This document shows, in pieces, positions 46,991 through 55,799 of a DNA stretch of 61,422 nt. The notes under the pieces were generated by a model that searched no databases, was not told the origin of the DNA, and saw nothing but the letters and a program-made list of their open reading frames with translations. The stretch is taken from the NCBI GenBank assembly GCA_035623755.1, contig DASPSV010000110.1, positions 1 through 61,422 on the forward strand. The letters are read 5' to 3'. This DNA comes from Gemmatimonadales bacterium. GTDB taxonomy: Bacteria > Gemmatimonadota > Gemmatimonadetes > Gemmatimonadales > JACORV01. The translations under genes were made by a program, and so were the position numbers. Positions within the stretch are counted from its first letter, which is position 1. Every line of letters starts with the position of its first letter.

Positions 46991-48562
46991 GTGTCCCGAT
47001 CCGAACCGGCAGCCGAGCCGCGCGCCGAGCGCGTGACCCGACCGCGTGCCGCCCGCAACGTGGTGCTGGGGTGGGCGGCGTTCGCGTTCACGGTCGTCGT
47101 CAACTTCTTCCTCTCCCCGTTCATCGTCCACACGCTCGGCAACACGGAGTACGGCGTGTGGGTGCTGCTGGCCTCCCTCGTGGGGTACATGGGGCTGCTG
47201 GACCTCGGCGTGCGCGGTGCGGTCTCGCGCTACATCGCCCGCCACCACGCCCGGGTCGAGGACGCGGAGGCCGGACGGGTCGCGTCGGCGGGCCTGGCGA
47301 TCTTCTCCGCGACGGGCCTGGTCGCCGTCACCGCCGCGGCGGTGGTCGCGGTGCTGCTGCCGCACCTGTTCAGGATCCCCCCCGAGACCCTGCAGGTGGC
47401 CCGGATCGTGGTGCTGCTCGGCGGGCTCAACGTGGCCGTGTCGCTGGTGAGCGGGGTGTTCGGCGGGGCCGTGACCGCCCTGCAGCGGTTCGACCTGGAC
47501 GCGGGGGTGGGCATCGGCGCCGGGGCCCTGCGGGCGGCGGCGCTCCTGGCGGCGCTGAGCGCCGGCGGCGGGCTGCTCGCGCTGGCGCTGGTGCAGCTCG
47601 GCTGCACGGCGCTCCAGACCGTCGCCTACGCCGTGCTGACCTCCCGGCTCTACCCGGAGCTGCGCTACCGGCTGCGGGGGCTCGACCGCGAGGTGCTGAA
47701 GAAGATCTTCTCGTTCAGCGTGTTCTCCAGCCTGCTGCACTTCTCGGCGGCGCTGATCTACTCGGCCGACGCCATGGTGATCGGGGCCTTCCTGCCCGTC
47801 GCCAGCGTCACCTACTTCGCCATCGCCTCCACGCTCACCGACTACACGCGCTCGATCATCGGCGCCATCTCGCGGACGATGACGCCGCGCGCGAGCGCGC
47901 TGGACGGCCGCGGCGAGCGGCGGGAGCTGGAACGGGTGCTGCTCCGGGCCGGCGCGGTCGCGTCGCTGGTGACGCTGCCCGTCACGATCACCTTCATGCT
48001 CCGCGGCGGGACCTTCATCGGGCTGTGGATGGGCGCGGGCTACGCGGAGATCTCGGGCGGGATCCTGTTCCTGCTCGCGGTGGCGCTCGTCCCGGCGGCG
48101 GCCCGGCAGGTGGTGGCCGGGACGGTGATCGGCCTCAACCGCCACCGCGAGATGGTGCCGTTCTACGTCGCCGAGGCGCTGATCAACGTGGGGCTCAGCA
48201 TCTACTGGGTCCGCAGCCTCGGACTGGTGGGCGTCGCGCTGGGCACCATGGTCCCGAACCTCGTCACCACCCTGCTGGTGACGCCGTGGATCGTGCGGCG
48301 GGTGCTCGGGACGCCCCTCGCGACCATCTGGACGGAGATGTGGCTGCGCCCGCTGGCCGCGATGGCGCCGTTCGCCGCCGCGACCTGGGCGGTGGAGCGC
48401 CTGGCGCCGGCGCGGGGGCTGGCGGCGTTCTTCGCGGGCGTGGCCGTCGCGCTCCCGGTGGCCGCCGCGGGCGCCTGGCTCGTCGCGCTGACCGCCGAGG
48501 AGCGCCGCGCGCTGGCCGCGTCGCTGCGGCGGCTGCCGCGCCTGGTGGCGAGCCGGGCGTGA
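46991..48562 (+). CDS. wzx: Polysaccharide flippase (Wzx-like), paralog 2
   Basis: 523 aa, collinear with paralog 1 over its full length. GTG start. The stop overlaps the next start (GTGA). Confidence 0.75.
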   Translation: MSRSEPAAEPRAERVTRPRAARNVVLGWAAFAFTVVVNFFLSPFIVHTLGNTEYGVWVLLASLVGYMGLLDLGVRGAVSRYIARHHARVEDAEAGRVASAGLAIFSATGLVAVTAAAVVAVLLPHLFRIPPETLQVARIVVLLGGLNVAVSLVSGVFGGAVTALQRFDLDAGVGIGAGALRAAALLAALSAGGGLLALALVQLGCTALQTVAYAVLTSRLYPELRYRLRGLDREVLKKIFSFSVFSSLLHFSAALIYSADAMVIGAFLPVASVTYFAIASTLTDYTRSIIGAISRTMTPRASALDGRGERRELERVLLRAGAVASLVTLPVTITFMLRGGTFIGLWMGAGYAEISGGILFLLAVALVPAAARQVVAGTVIGLNRHREMVPFYVAEALINVGLSIYWVRSLGLVGVALGTMVPNLVTTLLVTPWIVRRVLGTPLATIWTEMWLRPLAAMAPFAAATWAVERLAPARGLAAFFAGVAVALPVAAAGAWLVALTAEERRALAASLRRLPRLVASRA

Positions 48563-50016
48563 CGCGGCGCCGGGGCGCCCGCTGCCTGGCGGCGCTCGCG
48601 GGCGCGCTCGTGGTGGCGGCCTGCGAGGCCGGGACGCCGTGGCGGCCGCCGGCGCGCGGGCCCGCCACCGGCCCGCTGCGCGTCTCGGCGAAGAATCCCC
48701 GCTACTTCGAGGATCCGTCCGGCCGCATCGTGCTCCTCGCCGGCGACCACGTCTGGAACGACTTCCAGGACTACGGCTACGCCGACCCGCCGTCGCCGTT
48801 CGACTTCCGCGCGTTCCTCGATACGCTGGTCGCGAACCGGGAGAACTTCTTCCGGCTGTGGCGCTGGGAGCAGGCGACCTGGCAGACGGAGGTCCGCGAG
48901 CGGTACTTCTTCGCGCCGCAGCCGTACCTCCGCACCGGCCCGGGTCTCGCGAACGACGGAAAGCCGCGGTTCGACCTCACGCGGTTCGACCCGTCGTACT
49001 TCGACCGGATGCGCGCGCGCGTCGTCGAGGCCGGCCGCCGCGGCATCTACGTCTCGGTCATGCTGTTCGACGGCTGGAGCGTGGCGCCGATCGGCGCGGG
49101 CCTCGGCAACCCGTGGCGCGGCCATCCGTACGCCGCCCCGAACAACGTGAACGGCGTGGACGGCGCGCCCGACGGGCACGGCTGGGGCGCGGAGGCGCAC
49201 ACCCTCCGGGTGCCCGCGGTGGTGCGGCTCGAGGAGCGGTACGTGGCCAAGGTGGTCGAGACCGTGGGCGACCTCGACAACGTGCTGTACGAGGTCTCCA
49301 ACGAGAGCGCGCCCGCGTCCGCGCCGTGGCAGGAGCACTTGATCGCGTTCGTGAAGGCGCTGGAGGCGCGGCGGCCGAAGCGGCACCCGGTGGGGATGTC
49401 GGCGACGTTCGACGGCGACGACGCCCCGCTGTGGGCGAGCGACGCCGACTGGGTCTCGCCCTCGCACGGCGCGGTCGAGGACCCGCCGCCCACCGACGGG
49501 CGCAAGGTGGTGCTGTGGGATACCGACCACCTCTGCGGGGCGTGCGCCGACCGCGACCTGCCGTGGATGGCGCTGACGCGCGGGGCGAACCCCGTGTTCA
49601 TGGACCCGTTCGACAGCACCGCGCCGGAGATGGACGCCGACCTGCGGCCGCCGGTCGCGTACGACCCCCGCGCGCGGAGATGGAGCGACATGCGGCGCAA
49701 CCTCGGCTACGCGCTCGCCTGGGCCGAGCGCATGGGGCTCGAGCGGGCGGCGCCCGCGCCGTCGGCCTGCTCGACGCGGTTCTGCCTGGTGGTCCCGCCG
49801 CCCGGCGCGCGCGCGCTGGTCTACGCGCCGCACCGCGGCGAGGTGTCGGTCGACCTCGCGGCGGCACCGGGACGATTCGGGGTCGAGTGGCTCAGCCCCC
49901 GGACCGGGCACGTGCTCGCGGGCGCGGACGTCGACGGCGGTGCGCGGCGCACCTTCCGGACGCCGTTCCTGCGGGACGCCGTGCTCTACCTGTGGGAGAA
50001 GCGCCCGGCGCGCTGA
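48559..50016 (+). CDS. Lipoprotein, (beta/alpha)8 glycoside hydrolase (clan GH-A, GH5-like / DUF4038-like)
   Basis: Last 485 codons of tracked ORF 46885..50016(+). GTG at 48559. Lipobox 'LVVAAC'. 'LRVSAKNPRYFEDPSGRIVLLAGDHVWN'. 'NVLYEVSNES' (NE acid/base-type motif). Confidence 0.65.
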   Translation: MTRRRGARCLAALAGALVVAACEAGTPWRPPARGPATGPLRVSAKNPRYFEDPSGRIVLLAGDHVWNDFQDYGYADPPSPFDFRAFLDTLVANRENFFRLWRWEQATWQTEVRERYFFAPQPYLRTGPGLANDGKPRFDLTRFDPSYFDRMRARVVEAGRRGIYVSVMLFDGWSVAPIGAGLGNPWRGHPYAAPNNVNGVDGAPDGHGWGAEAHTLRVPAVVRLEERYVAKVVETVGDLDNVLYEVSNESAPASAPWQEHLIAFVKALEARRPKRHPVGMSATFDGDDAPLWASDADWVSPSHGAVEDPPPTDGRKVVLWDTDHLCGACADRDLPWMALTRGANPVFMDPFDSTAPEMDADLRPPVAYDPRARRWSDMRRNLGYALAWAERMGLERAAPAPSACSTRFCLVVPPPGARALVYAPHRGEVSVDLAAAPGRFGVEWLSPRTGHVLAGADVDGGARRTFRTPFLRDAVLYLWEKRPAR

Positions 50017-50037
50017 CGCGGGCGGGATGGTGCGGCA

Positions 50038-50058
50038 CGGCGCGCCGGCGGCGCGCCG
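50038..50058. terminator. GC-rich hairpin between convergent genes (candidate bidirectional terminator)
   Basis: c-GGCGCGCC-ggc-GGCGCGCC-g: a 9-bp stem with a 3-nt loop. It lies in the 42-bp gap between the stops at 50016 (+) and 50059 (-). No U-tract. Confidence 0.35.
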
Positions 50059-52194
50059 CTAGTGCTTGACGAGATCCGCCGCGGAGCGGGGCTTGAGCGT
50101 CCAGGTCCCCGTGCCGGTCGGCACCAGGATCCCGACGATGTCGAAGATGTTCCCCACGATGTAGATGCCCGGGACGACGTAGTTGCCCGCGACGTCGAGC
50201 ACCACGGTCAGGTTGCCGCTCCCGTCGGACACCGTCATCTGGTAGTTCCCCAGCACCGTCGCCGTCGCGCTCACCGTGGCGCTCAGCACCTGCACCAGCT
50301 GGGCGTCGCGCGTCCCGCCCGAGGCGGTCGCCGCCACGGCGGTGGTGAGCTGCGGCGCCGCCGGGAACAGCCCGCGCCCGAGCACCGTCGCGGTGCCGCC
50401 GTCGAGCGTCGGCTGGCCGGCGCGGGTCGAGGTCACGCCCTGCACGCGCACCGAGTCGCCCGCGTTGACCGCCGTGCGGAGCCGCGTGAGCCGGATCGCC
50501 CCCGACGTGTCGGCCAGGCTGACGGTGGTGTCCGAGTAGGTGGTCGAGCCGTTGAGCGCCGTGCCGATGATCGTGACCGTCTGGCCCGCGGCCAGCGCCC
50601 GCGCCGCGCGGATGCTGATGGGCGTCGGCGGGATCAGCGTGAGGTCGGCCGCCGAGCGCGGCCGCAGCTGCCAGGTGCCGGGCGCGGTGGCGGCCAGCAC
50701 GCCCAGGAGGTTGAACTTGGCGCCGGGCACGTACTTCCCGGGCAGCTGGGCGGTCTGGAACGCGGGGTCCGCGGTCCCGTCGAGCTGCACCTGGACCGCG
50801 CCGCTGCCGTCGTTCATCGTGAGCAGGAAGCTGGTCGAGTTTCGCGACGTGTCGGTGATGGTGGCGTTGTTCACGATCACCATCTGGGCGTCGCGCGTCC
50901 CGCCCGACGCCGACGCGGCGGTCGCGGTCGTGAGCGTCGCCGCCGTGGGGAAGAACCCCTTCCCCAGCGCCGTCGAGGTGCCGCCGTCCAGCGTGGGCTG
51001 GCCCGCGCGCGAGGACGTCGTGGCCTTCACGCGGACCGAGTCGCCGGCCGCCACGGTGGTGCGCAGCCGCGTGAGGCGGATCGCGCCCGAGGTGTCGGCC
51101 AGGAACACGCTGCTGTCGGCGAAGGTCCCCGACGCGTTGAGCGCGACGCCGACGACGGTCACGGTCCGGCCGGTCGTGAGGCCGCGCGCCGCGCGGATGC
51201 TGATCACCGGCGGCGGGATCAGCGTCAGGTCCGGCGCGGAGCGCGCCCGCAGCCGCCAGACGCCCCCCGTCGGCACCAGCACGCCGACCAGGTTGAAGGT
51301 GCTCCCCGGCACGTAGTTGCCCGGCAGGTTCGCGGTGGTGAACGCCGGATCGGCCGTCTGGTCGAGCTGCACCGCGAGCGCGCCGCTGGTGTCGCCCACG
51401 GTCAGCACGAAGCTGGTCGCGGTGCGCGACGTGTCGGTCACGGTCGTGGCGCCCACGCTCACCAGCTGCGCGTCCCGGACCCCCGCCGCCGCCGTGGCCG
51501 CCTTGGCCGCGGACAGCGCGGTGGCCGTCGGGAGGTGCCCGGGTCCGAGCGCGAACACGGTCGGGTCGTTCAGCACCGGCTGGCCGTCGCGCACGCCCAC
51601 CGCGCCCAGCAGCCGCAGGCTGTCGCCGGCCGCGAACACCGCGCGGGCGCGCGCCACGCGGATGCCGCCCGACGTGTCGGCCAGGGCGGTGGTGGTGTCG
51701 GCGAACGCCGTGCTGGAGGTCAGCGCGACGCCGACGACGAACACCTTCGCGCCCACCGCCAGCTTCCGGGCCGCCGCCACCGACACCAGCGGGCGCCCGG
51801 CCAGGATGTTGATGCGCGAGGTCGCGCCCGGCAGCACCGTGAAGGCCTGGCTGTCCACCCGCACCATCTGGATGGTGTCGGCGAACGCGGTGGTGTCGAG
51901 CTGCAGCGCGTAGTTGCCGACCGGCACGGCGCTGAAGACGAACGTCCCGTTCGCGGCGGTGACCTGCGACAGGCCGAGGTCCTGCCCGCCGGTGTGCACC
52001 AGCCGCACCGTCACGTTCCCCAGCGAGTCGTCGCCGGCGTTGATCGTGCGGGAGCCGTCGGCGTCCAGGAACACGATCCCCGTCACCGTGCCGGTCCCCG
52101 AGATCACCGTGATCCGGCCTTCCCCGCCGTTGGTGCAGCCGAGGATCGCCGCGGCGCCGAGGGCCGCGAGGCGCAGGACGGTGGCGCGCCGCAT
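50059..52194 (-). CDS. Lipoprotein with an N-terminal CarboxypepD_reg-like beta-sandwich and three ~195-aa repeat modules
   Basis: Last 711 codons of tracked ORF 50059..53745(-). The ATG at 52194 shares one base with the upstream TGA (TGATG). Lipobox 'AAILGC'. 'VTGIVFLDADGS...NGTFVFSAVPVGNYAL'. Three repeats at aa 136-328, 329-523 and 524-711. Confidence 0.75.
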   Translation of the reverse strand: MRRATVLRLAALGAAAILGCTNGGEGRITVISGTGTVTGIVFLDADGSRTINAGDDSLGNVTVRLVHTGGQDLGLSQVTAANGTFVFSAVPVGNYALQLDTTAFADTIQMVRVDSQAFTVLPGATSRINILAGRPLVSVAAARKLAVGAKVFVVGVALTSSTAFADTTTALADTSGGIRVARARAVFAAGDSLRLLGAVGVRDGQPVLNDPTVFALGPGHLPTATALSAAKAATAAAGVRDAQLVSVGATTVTDTSRTATSFVLTVGDTSGALAVQLDQTADPAFTTANLPGNYVPGSTFNLVGVLVPTGGVWRLRARSAPDLTLIPPPVISIRAARGLTTGRTVTVVGVALNASGTFADSSVFLADTSGAIRLTRLRTTVAAGDSVRVKATTSSRAGQPTLDGGTSTALGKGFFPTAATLTTATAASASGGTRDAQMVIVNNATITDTSRNSTSFLLTMNDGSGAVQVQLDGTADPAFQTAQLPGKYVPGAKFNLLGVLAATAPGTWQLRPRSAADLTLIPPTPISIRAARALAAGQTVTIIGTALNGSTTYSDTTVSLADTSGAIRLTRLRTAVNAGDSVRVQGVTSTRAGQPTLDGGTATVLGRGLFPAAPQLTTAVAATASGGTRDAQLVQVLSATVSATATVLGNYQMTVSDGSGNLTVVLDVAGNYVVPGIYIVGNIFDIVGILVPTGTGTWTLKPRSAADLVKH
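50062..51789 (-). repeat. Three tandem ~585-bp coding repeats within the lipoprotein gene
   Basis: Repeat consensus: 'ISIRAAR.L..G.TVT..G.AL......D..V.LADTSGAIRLTRLRT.V.AGDSVRV....S.RAGQPTLDGGT...LG.G.FP.A..LTTA.AA.ASGGTRDAQ.V.V...........LPG.YVPG..FNL.GVL.....W.L.PRSA.DL'. Repeats 2 and 3 are the most similar. Confidence 0.85.
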
Positions 52195-55124
52195 CAGAAG
52201 TCGAACCTCAGGCCCGCCTGCACCGTCGCGCCGGGCGTGTCGCGGACCAGCACCCTGCCGAAGTTCGGGTTCCCCACCAGCGGCACCGACACGACGCCCG
52301 TCGCGGCGCTGGTGGTCACGGTGCGGGTGCGGTCCACGAGGTACAGCGCGTTGTCGATGATCCCGCTGTTGGTGCTCACCAGGTTGAGCCCGTCCACGAC
52401 CAGCGACAGGGGCACGTGCACCACGGCGGACAGGCTGACGACGAGCCGCGCGTCCACCGCGGTCACGGCCGGACCGCGGCACGAGTTCCGGGAGGCGAAC
52501 GACCCGAGCTGCGACTTCAGGCACGCGTTGGCGTCCACCACGGCGGCCGCGCCCGGCACGCTGTCCGAGACGAAGGCCGGATCGTTGCCCGCCGCGCCGT
52601 CGCCGTTGGCGTCCACCCCGGGACGGAAGCCGGGCGTGTAGGGCAGGCCCGACTGGAGACGCACCAGGCCCGCCAGCCGCACGGCGCCGCCCGACAGCTC
52701 CACGCCGAGCGCCAGCCGGTGCGGCACGTCGAGGTCGGAGCGCCCGTCCCGCCAGTCCGACGTTCCGGCGCCGTTCGGGAACGGCGACAGCTGCGCCTCC
52801 GGCACGCTGCCGGCGAGGCCCGGCGTGTTGTCGGTCGTGTGCGAGTACGTGTAGCTCACCCACACGCTCAGACCCCGCGCCCGCAGGCGCTCGAGCGAGA
52901 CGGTGAGTCCGTAGTAGTCCGAGTACCCGGTCGGGTCGATGGCCCACACCCGGTCGAACGCGCTGAACTGCCGGTTGCTCCCCGGCGCGGCGACCAGCAG
53001 GGAGCCGTACTGCTGGAGCGTGCCGTAGACCGGCCGCCCGAACTGGTCGGTGAACGGCGGTGCCAGGAGCAGGTTCAGGTCGCTGCGCCGCGGCAGGAAG
53101 TCGGTGTGCCGGTACTGCCCGGACAGCTGGATCGACAGCCCGGGCCCGAACGCCCGCGCGAGGCTCATGCCGGTGCGGGCGGTCCGCGGCGCCTGGAAGC
53201 GCGCGTTGAGGAGCGCGAGCACCGGCCCGGTGACCGGGGCGGCGCTGTAGGACGGCGCCGCGGGCCAGGCGCCGAGCAGCCCGACGCCGCGCCGCATCTC
53301 GGCGGTGCCGTCGTGGTTCAGCACCTCGGCGAGCACCGACGGGTCCACGCCCTCGGAGGCCAGCCCCGCCTCGCCGCGCAGCAGCCAGTCGCGCTGGGGG
53401 CCCGCCGACCAGACGAAGGCGAACCGCGGGTTGAGCTGCGTCTTGAGCGACGGGACGCCCTGGTTCGGGACGCCGCTCAGCCGGGTCCAGTCCAGGTCGG
53501 GGGTCACGCCGCCGGTGGGCCAGTGCTCGCGCTCGGCGCGCAGGCCGAGCAGCACGTCCAGGCCGTTCACCGGCGTCCACGCGTCCTGCACGAAGAACGT
53601 GGTCGCGGAGATGCTGAAGGTCGCGTCCGGGATGCCGCCCACCGACTGGACGTAGGACCCGCGGCCCGCGAGGAGGTCGGCCGTGCTCCCGAACGCGAAC
53701 ACGCCGTTCCGCCACGGATCGTAGTTGATGTCGTGGTTGGTCCACGACAGCTCGGCGCCGACCTTCAGCGCGTGCCCGCCGGTCCGGTACAGCAGCGCCG
53801 CGGTGGCGCGGGTGACGTCGCGCTCGAACCGCCCGGGCGCCGCCCCGTCGGCCCCCGCCGCCAGGCCCTCAGCGGGCAGCAGCGTGAGCGGCAGCGCCGG
53901 CGCGGAGTAGTCGCGCACGCTGCGGTCGATCGCGACCGAGATCTCGGAGCCCAGCTGCGCGTTGAGCCGCGAGTTGAACGCGAGCGACGCGGACACGTCG
54001 CGCGCGTCGAGCGACGTGCCGAGCCCGGTGAAGCGCCCCGGGCCGAGCGCGACGTCGCTCGCGGTGGCGGTGGACACCGCCGCGCGCAGCGCGAGGGTCT
54101 GGCCGCGGGCGATGTCCCAGTCGAAGCGGCCGAACGCCGTGATCAGGTCGGTCTGCTGGGTCAGCGCCTTGGCGTAGCCCGCGAGCGACGGCTCGGCCAC
54201 CAGCACCGCGGCGGCGCCGGTGTCGGACGGCCACGGCGCCTTGAGCGGCGTCTTGATGCGCCGCGCGTCCACGCCGACGATGCCCCAGGCCGTGTCGCGC
54301 ACCACCGGCCCGCCCAGCACCACGCTGCCGCGGTAGCCGCCGTTTCCGCCGTCGGCGAAGCCCCGCACCTGTGAGGTCCGCGGCGCGCGCGCGCTGAACG
54401 CGCTGAGCAGCCCGCCGCCGACGCCGGGCCACTCCACGTCGGTCCCGTTCGACATCTCCACGTGCTGCAGGCCCGCCAGCGGCAGCCCCACGGTCGAGAA
54501 GTCGGGGCGCGCGACGCCCGGGCTCGAGGCCGGCGTGCGGGGGATGCCGTCCACGCCCACCGAGGCGAGCCGGTCCGGGAACCCTTCCATCGCCAGGCCG
54601 CCGACGTTCGCGGACGCGAGCGCGGCGACCGACGCGACCCGGCCCATCGGATCCACGAGGTCGGCCAGGTCGTTGCCGAGATCCCACGTCCCGCGCGCGA
54701 GCGACGCGTGCAGCGCGCCCTCGACGTAGGACGCCGTGTCGGTCTGGGTGACGGGCGGATCGGACGGCGTGAGCCGCAGGTCGAGGGTCACGACCGCCGC
54801 GGCGCTCACCGAGACGTCGAGCACCACCAGCGGCCGGTAGCCGAGCCGCTCGGCGCGGAGGTCGTAGCGTCCCGGCAGCAGCGCCGGACTCTGGTACAGG
54901 CCGAGGCCGTCGGTGACGGCGGTGCGCGACCACGCGGTGGCGTGGTGCGTCATCGTGATGCGCACGCCCGCCACGATCTGGCCGGCGGTCGAGACCGCGG
55001 CGCCGCGAATCCCGCCCGTCGTCACGGTCTGCGCTCTCGCGCCGGGAGCGGCGAGCGGGCCGATCGCGATCCCGCACGCGATGGCCGCCACCACAGACTC
55101 CCCGAACCGGCGCCGCAAGCTCAT
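52194..55124 (-). CDS. TonB-dependent-receptor-like outer-membrane beta-barrel with an N-terminal carboxypeptidase-regulatory-like domain
   Basis: Last 976 codons of tracked ORF 52194..55544(-). ATG at 55124. Signal peptide 'AAIACGIAIGPLAAPGARAQ'. 'IRGAAVS..GQIVAGVRITM...LLPGRYDLRAERLGY'. Alternating beta-strand pattern throughout. The C-terminal 'GLRFDF' ends in Phe. Confidence 0.75.
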   Translation of the reverse strand: MSLRRRFGESVVAAIACGIAIGPLAAPGARAQTVTTGGIRGAAVSTAGQIVAGVRITMTHHATAWSRTAVTDGLGLYQSPALLPGRYDLRAERLGYRPLVVLDVSVSAAAVVTLDLRLTPSDPPVTQTDTASYVEGALHASLARGTWDLGNDLADLVDPMGRVASVAALASANVGGLAMEGFPDRLASVGVDGIPRTPASSPGVARPDFSTVGLPLAGLQHVEMSNGTDVEWPGVGGGLLSAFSARAPRTSQVRGFADGGNGGYRGSVVLGGPVVRDTAWGIVGVDARRIKTPLKAPWPSDTGAAAVLVAEPSLAGYAKALTQQTDLITAFGRFDWDIARGQTLALRAAVSTATASDVALGPGRFTGLGTSLDARDVSASLAFNSRLNAQLGSEISVAIDRSVRDYSAPALPLTLLPAEGLAAGADGAAPGRFERDVTRATAALLYRTGGHALKVGAELSWTNHDINYDPWRNGVFAFGSTADLLAGRGSYVQSVGGIPDATFSISATTFFVQDAWTPVNGLDVLLGLRAEREHWPTGGVTPDLDWTRLSGVPNQGVPSLKTQLNPRFAFVWSAGPQRDWLLRGEAGLASEGVDPSVLAEVLNHDGTAEMRRGVGLLGAWPAAPSYSAAPVTGPVLALLNARFQAPRTARTGMSLARAFGPGLSIQLSGQYRHTDFLPRRSDLNLLLAPPFTDQFGRPVYGTLQQYGSLLVAAPGSNRQFSAFDRVWAIDPTGYSDYYGLTVSLERLRARGLSVWVSYTYSHTTDNTPGLAGSVPEAQLSPFPNGAGTSDWRDGRSDLDVPHRLALGVELSGGAVRLAGLVRLQSGLPYTPGFRPGVDANGDGAAGNDPAFVSDSVPGAAAVVDANACLKSQLGSFASRNSCRGPAVTAVDARLVVSLSAVVHVPLSLVVDGLNLVSTNSGIIDNALYLVDRTRTVTTSAATGVVSVPLVGNPNFGRVLVRDTPGATVQAGLRFDF

Positions 55125-55298
55125 TGGTCCGGGCAAACTTAGAGCCGGTGGGGCGCCGGGGCAATGCGCCCGCCCGCGGGGCGCGGCGGAACGTGACGCA
55201 GGATACATTCGATGCCCATGAGTCCCGACGCGCCGCCGTCCCCGCCGCGCCCCGCGCTCGGCTTCCTGGCCCGCCTGCTGCACCGCGGGAGGCGCTGG

Positions 55299-55799
55299 AT
55301 GACCCTGCGGCGCCTGGCGCGACGCCCGCAGCCGCCGTCGCTGCTGTTCCTGTGCCACGGCAACCTGTGCCGCAGCCCGTTCGCGGCCGGCGCGGCGCGC
55401 CGCCTGCTCCCCGCCTACGTCGACGTCGCGTCCGCGGGCTTCCTCGCGGCGGGCCGGCGCTCGCCGTCCGACGCCGTCGCCGCCGCCGCCGAGCTCGGCG
55501 TCGACCTCGCCGGCCACCGGTCGCAGCTCATCACCGGCGCTCACCTGGTCAACACCGACCTCGTCGTCGTGATGGACCGCGAGCAGCGGCGTCGCGTCCT
55601 GGCGATGCGGCCCGGACTCGCGGGTCGCGTCCTGCTCCTCGGCGATCTCGATCCCGAGCCCGGGCCGTGGCGCGACGTGCCGGATCCCGTCAACCAGCCG
55701 CTCGACGCGTTCCGCTCAGCGTACGCCCGCATCGACCGGTGCGTCCGCTCGCTCGTCTCCCCCTGGCGTGAGGGCGCCGGCCGCGAGACCGGCGTATGA
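55299..55799 (+). CDS. wzb: Low-molecular-weight protein-tyrosine phosphatase (Wzb-like)
   Basis: P-loop 'LFLCHGNLCRSP' (CX5R-S) and the Asp loop 'DVPDP'. ATG at 55299 is chosen (GGGAGG 7 nt upstream, giving a normal 166-aa length). The tracked ORF starts at 55212. Confidence 0.85.
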   Translation: MTLRRLARRPQPPSLLFLCHGNLCRSPFAAGAARRLLPAYVDVASAGFLAAGRRSPSDAVAAAAELGVDLAGHRSQLITGAHLVNTDLVVVMDREQRRRVLAMRPGLAGRVLLLGDLDPEPGPWRDVPDPVNQPLDAFRSAYARIDRCVRSLVSPWREGAGRETGV

